Source: Okeania sp. (GTDB taxonomy: Bacteria; Cyanobacteriota; Cyanobacteriia; Cyanobacteriales; Microcoleaceae). Taken from it: 13,374 nucleotides of DNA. A program made the position numbers and the translations under genes. This document shows positions 7,648 to 13,374 of this stretch, in pieces; positions within the stretch are counted from its first letter, which is position 1, and each line of letters opens with the position of its first letter. The stretch lies in contig NZ_JAYKGW010000172.1 of the NCBI RefSeq assembly GCF_035285525.1, forward strand, positions 1 to 13,374, read 5' to 3'. A model generated the notes under the pieces. The model searched no databases, had not been told where the DNA came from, and saw nothing but the letters and a program-made list of their open reading frames with translations.

Positions 7648-8259
7648 TTGACAAACACAACGGTAATTACTTTGGCAATAATATTTAAACAAGTTGTTGG
7701 TATTAGTTTGTTTGAAGTAATAGATAAAAAGCAAACTGGAGCATTCATCGGAGCAATTTTTGTCTCAAATTTTGCCAATATTTCCTCACATTTAGTACTT
7801 AACCCATCTCAAACTGGTTATCCAGATTTAATCCCAAAAGAATATCTAAATAACTCATCCGCAATTAATTGGGATCAATTTCCTCATGGAGGAGTAGAAG
7901 TTAAAACATCTTGTGGAAGCTTGAAAACAGGAGTAACCAGTAATTTACCAGTAGGTAATTCTAGAATATCTTTTCTAACAGGTTTAGATTGGAAAGGACA
8001 TCATCAATATATTAATAATTTACTAGCTTTATTCTGGGATTATTTTGAGGGAATACCAACAATTATGTCGGCTTTTTATTCTAATAAACTTGTACCAAAT
8101 GACTTTTCAAATACAATTCCCAAAGCAGGAGGAGGAAGAACAACAAGTGTTTGTGTTACTAAAAAAACTGCTAGAGATAAATTGATGAATAATTGGGTTT
8201 TATTCTCTGATTTACCAGATTATATTCAGTTCTTTAAAAAGTTAGGAATTAACTACTAA
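7648..8259 (+). CDS. Candidate Type II restriction endonuclease (PD-(D/E)xK: ...GYPDLIP...GGVEVKTS...)
   Basis: The gene follows the C gene by 12 nt and converges on the C5 methyltransferase gene. The ordered residues are E (SLFEVID), PD (GYPDL) and EVK (GGVEVK). I recognise no named family. The only available start is TTG at 7648 or a nearby non-ATG codon. Confidence 0.6.
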   Translation: MTNTTVITLAIIFKQVVGISLFEVIDKKQTGAFIGAIFVSNFANISSHLVLNPSQTGYPDLIPKEYLNNSSAINWDQFPHGGVEVKTSCGSLKTGVTSNLPVGNSRISFLTGLDWKGHHQYINNLLALFWDYFEGIPTIMSAFYSNKLVPNDFSNTIPKAGGGRTTSVCVTKKTARDKLMNNWVLFSDLPDYIQFFKKLGINY

Positions 8260-8313
8260 AAATTACTTAAAGAAAATAGTTCAAGCTGCAAAGGATTTTC
8301 TTTTGGGGTTGTA

Positions 8314-9642
8314 TTAATATTTTTTTTCAGTAATATTAATTAAGTGTTGACCGAGCAAATACATAAATTTGGGTGGGATACTTTCACCGATTGATTCTCT
8401 GATTAAACTATCTGATGCTTGCTTAATTTTTTTGTTTTTCCAAATCAAAGGACCCCATTTATAATTAAAATCTGAAATAGTATGTAATTTACAAGCTTCA
8501 GCTAAAGAAAGTACGCGATTTTGTGTGGGATGAATATTACGATCTGAGCAAGGAAAACTTAAGTTTTTTGTTAGTGTAGGAGCTGGAATATCCCAGCTCA
8601 TTCTTTTGTAAGCACTGGTAAAACCTCGCATGATTCTCAATTTTCCATCTTTAGTTTTAGTAAATGGTCGTGGTAATAAATCGCCACATTTAATGCAGTA
8701 TAAAGGAGTATTATTATTGGCTCGATTAATACCTGAAGAATCACGAGAAGCTTTATGTGTGGGATTATTTTTAAATCCACATTTTGGATTAATACATTGA
8801 TTATTAAATGCTGAATTTCCTTCAGGAGTGTGACTAATCCATTGATATTTTTCAGGAGTTAATATAGGTACATAGTGAAGTGGTAAATTAGGATGTTTTG
8901 CGGTTTCTGAATTTTTGCCATCTAAAATAGGAAAGTCACCTATCGTATCCTTAACTGTAATCCATTTAGGAAGTGAATTTTTTCCTAGTTGATGATGAGT
9001 TTCTGGAGGAATTAAAGAACCACCAGACTGTAAATATTTTTTAGCAATTGGTAGTTTGGAATAAACTGTAATTAATCTTTTTCTACATTGTGGAATACCA
9101 TAATCAGCAAATTCAACAACTTTTGATTCACCGATATATTCCGAACCTAAATATTCAGAAATTAAGTCTAAAATAGGTCTTAATTTTCCATTTTCATCTT
9201 CTATAACTGTATTAGACATTCGTGAAACATTTTCAAAAATAATCCATTTTGGTTTTAATGCTACCGCGATACGAAGAGCAGGTAATATAAGTCTATTTCG
9301 TGGGTCTAATTTTGGGCGGAGACCTTTTCTAACATTTAATAAAAGAGTTCCTAGTCCATTTTGTGACATTCCTTGACAAGGTGGTGTTGCAATTATAGCA
9401 AATAGTTCTTGATTGCCAATTATTTTGTGAACTGTATTCATAATTTCTTCTTCTTTATTTAAAATATCTTCATTTATTACGGTAGAATTAGGAAAGTTAG
9501 TTTTGATTAAATTAGCTCGTTCTGTAATAAGTTCATTATGTAATAAGAATTGAACGCCTGCTGTTTCAAATGCTTTATCGCCAATGCCCGAACCTGCAAA
9601 TAAACTGACTGCTAATTTAGTTTCAAAAGAAGAAGGAAACAT
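8314..9642 (-). CDS. DNA (cytosine-5)-methyltransferase
   Basis: All canonical C5-MTase motifs occur in order: I LFAGSGIG, IV TPPCQGMS, VI IIFENV, VIII QCRKRL, IX RVLSLAEACKLHTI, X IGESIPPKF. A long variable (TRD) region lies between VIII and IX. Confidence 0.95.
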   Translation of the reverse strand: MFPSSFETKLAVSLFAGSGIGDKAFETAGVQFLLHNELITERANLIKTNFPNSTVINEDILNKEEEIMNTVHKIIGNQELFAIIATPPCQGMSQNGLGTLLLNVRKGLRPKLDPRNRLILPALRIAVALKPKWIIFENVSRMSNTVIEDENGKLRPILDLISEYLGSEYIGESKVVEFADYGIPQCRKRLITVYSKLPIAKKYLQSGGSLIPPETHHQLGKNSLPKWITVKDTIGDFPILDGKNSETAKHPNLPLHYVPILTPEKYQWISHTPEGNSAFNNQCINPKCGFKNNPTHKASRDSSGINRANNNTPLYCIKCGDLLPRPFTKTKDGKLRIMRGFTSAYKRMSWDIPAPTLTKNLSFPCSDRNIHPTQNRVLSLAEACKLHTISDFNYKWGPLIWKNKKIKQASDSLIRESIGESIPPKFMYLLGQHLINITEKKY

Positions 9643-9650
9643 AGGATAAG

Positions 9651-9670
9651 ATTGAGTAAAATTGAGTAAA
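9651..9670. repeat. Exact tandem 10-mer (attgagtaaa x2), 9 nt upstream of the methyltransferase start codon
   Basis: Read directly. An inverted 8-mer copy (ttactcaa) lies at 9819..9826, near the mrr start. Confidence 0.8.
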
Positions 9671-9850
9671 GAAAATAGTAGAAATTTAATTATACATTAT
9701 TGGTGAGCGATCGCTCTACCAGCATTAAAAAAATCTACAAATTTTATATTTTTCAAGACTACTAAACTATTCTTACATCTGTGGGTATTTATCAAAAAGG
9801 TTATTTGGTAGAATACTCTTACTCAAAGTCAATATATCCATGAAGCTATT

Positions 9851-10735
9851 ATGGCAAAGCCAAATAAAGGACCTCAGTTTGTCAAATATTTTGCACCTGT
9901 AATTTCAGCATTAAAAGAATTAGGAAATTCAGGTACTCCCTCAGAAGTTAAAGATTTAATTGCTATAAATTTACAAATATCTGATAATATTCTTGATGAA
10001 CAATTACCCAGTGGAACATCATCTAGATTTGATAATCAAGTTGCATGGGCAAGATTTTATTTAGTTAAAGCTGGATATATTGATTCATCAAAAAGAGGGA
10101 TTTGGAAATTAACAGAAGCTGGAATTAATTCAGAAATTACATCTAAAAAAGCTCTGGAAATCTTTCAAAAACTTCAACAAGCTTTTCGTCAAGAGAGTAT
10201 AAATAATCAGATTAATAAAGAGCTAGAAACAGATGAAGATAATGTTGCAGCTCCCGACTCAAACGAAAATAGTTTCAGAAACTATCGCCAAGAACTATTA
10301 GAAACTATTAGAAATCTTTCACCTAGTGGCTTTGAACATCTCTGTCAAAGACTATTACGAGAATCTGGGTTTCAACAAGTAGAAATTACAGGTAGAAGTG
10401 GAGACGGTGGTATTGATGGCAAAGGAATATTACGGATTAATTTATTAATAAGTATTCCTGTATTATTTCAGTGTAAACGTTATATTGGTTCAGTAGGAGC
10501 GCCAGAAATTCGTGATTTTCGTGGGGCAATAATGGGAAGAGCAGATAAAGGTATATTTATTACAACTGGAACATTTACCAGTGAAGCTCGTAGAGAAGCT
10601 GTTAGAGATGGAGTTCCGCCCATAGAATTAGTAGATGCTAGTAAATTAATTCTAATGTTTGAACAGTTAGAACTTGGTTTAATACCCAAAACTGTTGATG
10701 AGATTGATAAAAGGTTTTTTAAGGAGTTTAGTTAA
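9851..10735 (+). CDS. mrr: Mrr-type (Type IV, modification-dependent) restriction endonuclease: Mrr_N winged helix plus Mrr_cat
   Basis: The N-terminus (FVKYFAPVISALKELGNSGTPSEVKDLI...FDNQVAWARFYLVKAGYIDSSKRGIWKLTEAG) fits Mrr_N. The C-terminal part (FEHLCQRLLRESGF...GRSGDGGIDGKG...LFQCKRY...IRDFRGAI...GIFITTGTFTSEA) fits the Mrr catalytic core (D...QxK). Confidence 0.92.
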   Translation: MAKPNKGPQFVKYFAPVISALKELGNSGTPSEVKDLIAINLQISDNILDEQLPSGTSSRFDNQVAWARFYLVKAGYIDSSKRGIWKLTEAGINSEITSKKALEIFQKLQQAFRQESINNQINKELETDEDNVAAPDSNENSFRNYRQELLETIRNLSPSGFEHLCQRLLRESGFQQVEITGRSGDGGIDGKGILRINLLISIPVLFQCKRYIGSVGAPEIRDFRGAIMGRADKGIFITTGTFTSEARREAVRDGVPPIELVDASKLILMFEQLELGLIPKTVDEIDKRFFKEFS

Positions 10736-10755
10736 TAATAAATAACATCAAGAAA

Positions 10756-10774
10756 GGGTTTGGATACCAAACCC
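10756..10774 (-). terminator. GC-rich hairpin (gggtttgg-ata-ccaaaccc); on the minus strand it is followed by tttctt, so it is the likely mnmG terminator and may also serve mrr
   Basis: Read directly. It lies between the convergent stops of mrr (10735) and mnmG (10842). Confidence 0.5.
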
Positions 10775-10841
10775 CTACAAAGTCGCAATTTATCGACAGA
10801 TACCGAAAAATAAGCCAAAGATTACTCTTGAATTTTAACCT

Positions 10842-12746
10842 TTAACTTTTAACTCCCACAAGTCTATATTGCACTTCCAAATAAACTAATAAAGCATTAA
10901 TATCTGCCGGATTTACTCCCCCTATTCTTGACGCTTGCCCAATAGTTAATGGCTGAACTTTTGACAATTTTTCCCGCGCTTCCATCGACAATGTATCAAT
11001 AGCAAAATAATCTAAATTAGCAGGCAATTTCCGATTCTCTTGCCGACTAATTTGGTCGATTTGATTTTGTTGTCTTTGCAAATAACCGGAATATTTAATA
11101 TCAATTTCGGCTCCTTCTTTTTCCACTAATTTTAAATCTAAATTCCCCAAATTATACTTTTCTAAATCTACATAATGGAAACCTGGTCGGCGCAATAAAT
11201 CTGCTAAACTAATTGAACCTTTAATTCTTGTCTTAGTATCGGCAACAATATTAATAGCTACCTCTTCTAATTCTTTAATTCGAGTTGAATTTAACCGAGT
11301 TTTTTCTGCATTAATATTAGCTTGCTTCTTCTCAAATAACTCCCAGCGACGGTCATCTATTAAACCAATTTCTCGACCCAAAGGTGTTAGTCTTTGGTCA
11401 GCATTATCAGACCGTAAAATCAAACGATATTCCGAACGACTCGTCAACATTCGATAGGGTTCGCGCAAATCTTTAGTACATAGATCGTCCATCAAAGTAC
11501 CAATATAACTTTGTTCTCTGGGAAAGATAATCATCTCCTTATTCTTAACAAAATTAACGGCATTTATTCCCGCTACCAAACCTTGAGCTGCTGCCTCCTC
11601 ATATCCAGTCGTACCATTAATTTGACCAGCACAAAATAACCCCTCAATTTTCTTAGTCATCAACGTCGGATAACATTGAGTCGCTGGCAAAAAATCATAT
11701 TCCACAGCATAAGCAGGCCGCAACATCACACAACTTTCTAAACCAGGCAAACTGCGCAACATTTGTAATTGCAATTTTTCTGGTAAACCAGTCGAAAACC
11801 CCTGAATATAAAGTTCTGGAATATCACGCCCTTCCGGTTCAATAAATATTTGATGACTACTTTTATCAGCAAACCGGACAATTTTATCCTCAATACTCGG
11901 ACAATAACGGGGACCTTTCGCATCCACCCACCCACCGTAAACAGGAGACAAATGCAAGTTATCGCGAATTAATTTGTGAGTTTCGGGAGTAGTGCGCGTG
12001 AGATGACAACACATCTGTTCCCGTTCCACCCAAACTTCCGGATCGAAACTAAACCAACGCACTTTTTCATCCCCCGGTTGCGGTTCCAGATCGGTGTAGT
12101 CAATGGAACGTTTATCAACTCTAGCAGGAGTACCCGTTTTCAGGCGTCCGGTCTCAAAACCAAGATTATTCAGAGTTTCAGTCAAACCGATAGCAGGAAA
12201 TTCTCCGGCGCGACCTGCTGGCATAGATTTATTGCCTACCCAAATAACGCCACCGAGGAAAGTTCCGGTAGTGAGAATGACAGCTTTACATTTGAAGGCA
12301 ACACCGAAGTAGGTTTCTACTCCAATAATTTCATCGTTGTCTCCCAAAACCAAGTCTGTAACCATACTTTCCCGGACTCGGAGGTTGTCTTGGTTTTCGA
12401 CAATGTTACGCATAATGTTAGCGTATTCCCGTTTATCAGTTTGAGCGCGTAACGCCCAAACAGCAGGTCCGCGAGAAGAGTTGAGAATCCGTTTTTGCAG
12501 ATAAGTGCGGTCTGCCATTTTGCCTATTTCTCCACCCAAAGCATCGACTTCGTGGGTAAGTTGAGATTTTGCAGGTCCCCCAACAGCGGGGTTGCATGGT
12601 TGCCAGGCAATTTTATCCAGGTTGAGAGTGAGTAGGAGGGTGTGGCAACCGAGGCGTGCGGAAGCAAGAGCAGCTTCGCAACCGGAGTGGCCAGCGCCTA
12701 CTACGATGATGTCGTATTCGTCTTGGAAATCGAAATTTTTGGTCAT
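10842..12746 (-). CDS. mnmG: tRNA uridine 5-carboxymethylaminomethyl modification enzyme MnmG (GidA)
   Basis: The 634-aa ORF has an N-terminal FAD fold ([23 protein letters not shown]) and further family segments: [33 protein letters not shown], and a C-terminal helical domain ([11 protein letters not shown]). Confidence 0.97.
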   Translation of the reverse strand: MTKNFDFQDEYDIIVVGAGHSGCEAALASARLGCHTLLLTLNLDKIAWQPCNPAVGGPAKSQLTHEVDALGGEIGKMADRTYLQKRILNSSRGPAVWALRAQTDKREYANIMRNIVENQDNLRVRESMVTDLVLGDNDEIIGVETYFGVAFKCKAVILTTGTFLGGVIWVGNKSMPAGRAGEFPAIGLTETLNNLGFETGRLKTGTPARVDKRSIDYTDLEPQPGDEKVRWFSFDPEVWVEREQMCCHLTRTTPETHKLIRDNLHLSPVYGGWVDAKGPRYCPSIEDKIVRFADKSSHQIFIEPEGRDIPELYIQGFSTGLPEKLQLQMLRSLPGLESCVMLRPAYAVEYDFLPATQCYPTLMTKKIEGLFCAGQINGTTGYEEAAAQGLVAGINAVNFVKNKEMIIFPREQSYIGTLMDDLCTKDLREPYRMLTSRSEYRLILRSDNADQRLTPLGREIGLIDDRRWELFEKKQANINAEKTRLNSTRIKELEEVAINIVADTKTRIKGSISLADLLRRPGFHYVDLEKYNLGNLDLKLVEKEGAEIDIKYSGYLQRQQNQIDQISRQENRKLPANLDYFAIDTLSMEAREKLSKVQPLTIGQASRIGGVNPADINALLVYLEVQYRLVGVKS

Positions 12747-12766
12747 TTTAGTTATCAGTTATACTA

Positions 12767-12808
12767 GGGAACAGGGAACAGGAAACAGGAAACAGGGAAC
12801 AGAGAAGA
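12767..12808. repeat. STRR-like heptanucleotide tandem repeat, about 6 units of GGGAACA/GGAAACA (TGTTCCC/TGTTTCC on the mnmG strand)
   Basis: gggaaca gggaaca ggaaaca ggaaaca gggaaca gagaaga. It starts 21 nt upstream of the mnmG ATG. Confidence 0.85.
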
Positions 12809-13006
12809 GTGCCCGATATAAAAATTAAATGTTCCCAGTGCGATTTTTCGCGAACCGTGCATTTTGCTTGCTTCGTGGTGTACCTCACCAAAGTGGAACC
12901 CACTGTAACAGCGATCAGTACCAACTTCAGCAGTTGGAAGCTTAAACAAATGTTTGATAGCAATATTGAAACAGGACTTACGCAAAGGTACTATGTATAG
13001 AGTTGA

Positions 13007-13045
13007 AAAACTATTGTACAATAGTTTTAAGCGCTATATATAGCG
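13007..13045. promoter_or_regulatory. Two adjacent perfect palindromes (22 bp and 14 bp) in the divergent mnmG / methyltransferase intergenic region; candidate operators
   Basis: aaaactattgt|acaatagtttt (13007..13028) and cgctata|tatagcg (13032..13045), both perfect, read directly. No gene ends nearby that they could terminate. Confidence 0.4.
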
Positions 13046-13163
13046 TCTATGCGTAATTCCTAAAAATATATTGCCCAAAATCACTTGAGTTATTGTTTAA
13101 GTTTATAGTATAACATTTATCATTGGTAATATTTGATTTACAAAAAGGAGAATTATTCAGATA

Positions 13164-13374
13164 GTGAACCAACTTTTTTATGGTGATAATTTAGAGGTTT
13201 TACGCAGACATATTAAAGATGAATCTGTGGATTTATGTTATGTAGATCCGCCGTTTAATTCTAAGCGTAATTATAATCAAATTTATAATAATATTGGTGG
13301 GGAAGATAAGGCGCAAACACAAGCTTTTATTGATACTTGGACTTGGGATGATTTTGCTAATCAAGGTTTAGTAG
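13164..13374 (+). CDS. 5' part of a beta-class N6-adenine/N4-cytosine DNA methyltransferase (N6_N4_Mtase family), truncated by the window end
   Basis: A GTG start is preceded by aaggag (13145..13150). The translation is VNQLFYGDNLEVLRRHIKDESVDLCYVDPPFNSKRNYNQIYNN...AFIDTWTWDDF. The pattern LFxGDNLxxL...SVDLxYxDPPF near the N-terminus (motif IV first) is typical of Mod-like / Type III or IIG-associated amino-methyltransferases. Confidence 0.85.
   Translation, partial: MNQLFYGDNLEVLRRHIKDESVDLCYVDPPFNSKRNYNQIYNNIGGEDKAQTQAFIDTWTWDDFANQGLV

Noticed and set aside
7516-7778. Two minus-strand ORFs (72 and 61 aa) overlapping the C/R junction
   Set aside because: They are antisense to the C and R genes in AT-rich sequence, with no motifs.
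8269-8303. AT-rich 9-bp inverted repeat (aaagaaaat ... attttcttt) between the convergent R and M genes as a terminator
   Set aside because: The stem is purely A/T apart from one G:C pair, and the loop is 17 nt. That is too weak to call from sequence alone.
10480-10689. 69-aa minus-strand ORF within mrr
   Set aside because: It is a shadow ORF opposite the well-supported Mrr catalytic domain.
11738-12452. ORFs inside or antisense to mnmG (11738..11935 -, 11976..12452 +, 12103..12312 +)
   Set aside because: They are embedded in the mnmG coding region, with no independent signals.
12767-12808. Possibility that the short repeats here, or at 3916..3954 and 9651..9670, are CRISPR arrays
   Set aside because: The units are 7-10 bp, directly tandem and without spacers, and no cas genes are present. 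They are microsatellite/STRR-like repeats.
12592-13021. Four mutually overlapping ORFs (63-85 aa) in the mnmG upstream/intergenic region
   Set aside because: They overlap each other, the mnmG 5' end, the heptamer repeat and the dispersed-repeat half-copy. They have no RBS and implausible compositions. The region is better read as promoter/repeat DNA.
1-13374. An integrase, transposase or other recombinase that would make the island an autonomous mobile element
   Set aside because: No ORF shows tyrosine- or serine-recombinase or DDE motifs. Only the non-catalytic tail of the Rpn/DUF4351-type gene at the left edge is visible, and it lies outside the mfd-mnmG interval.

Overview
This looks like a chromosomal segment from a cyanobacterium, probably a filamentous Nostocales type. 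That inference rests on at least 8 copies of the HIP1 octamer GCGATCGC, heptamer tandem repeats, AT-rich intergenic DNA, and Uma2 and DUF4351 family genes. Two housekeeping genes converge on each other: mfd (472..3897, +) and mnmG/gidA (10842..12746, -). Between them lie about 7 kb of visibly more AT-rich accessory DNA (3898..10841) dense in nuclease and methyltransferase genes. In order, this DNA carries: (1) two tandem, diverged paralogues encoding about 200-aa standalone PD-(D/E)xK proteins resembling the HsdR N-terminal domain; (2) a Uma2/DUF820 endonuclease gene preceded by a decayed copy of its own 3' end; (3) a DUF433 protein gene; (4) a Type II restriction-modification module, made of a controller (C) HTH protein, a small PD..EVK nuclease candidate, and a convergent C5-cytosine methyltransferase with a Cys4 insertion; and (5) an Mrr Type IV restriction enzyme gene. 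The left edge holds the 3' part of an Rpn/DUF4351-type gene. The right edge holds the 5' part of a beta-class N6/N4 DNA methyltransferase gene, the start of a second modification locus. No integrase, transposase, tRNA, rRNA or CRISPR array is visible. However, short duplications of the 3' ends of both mfd and mnmG bracket parts of the island and look like insertion scars or att-like sites. The least explained and most interesting element is the tandem paralogous nuclease pair at 4111..5651. All functional calls come from motif reading by eye; no database search was possible.
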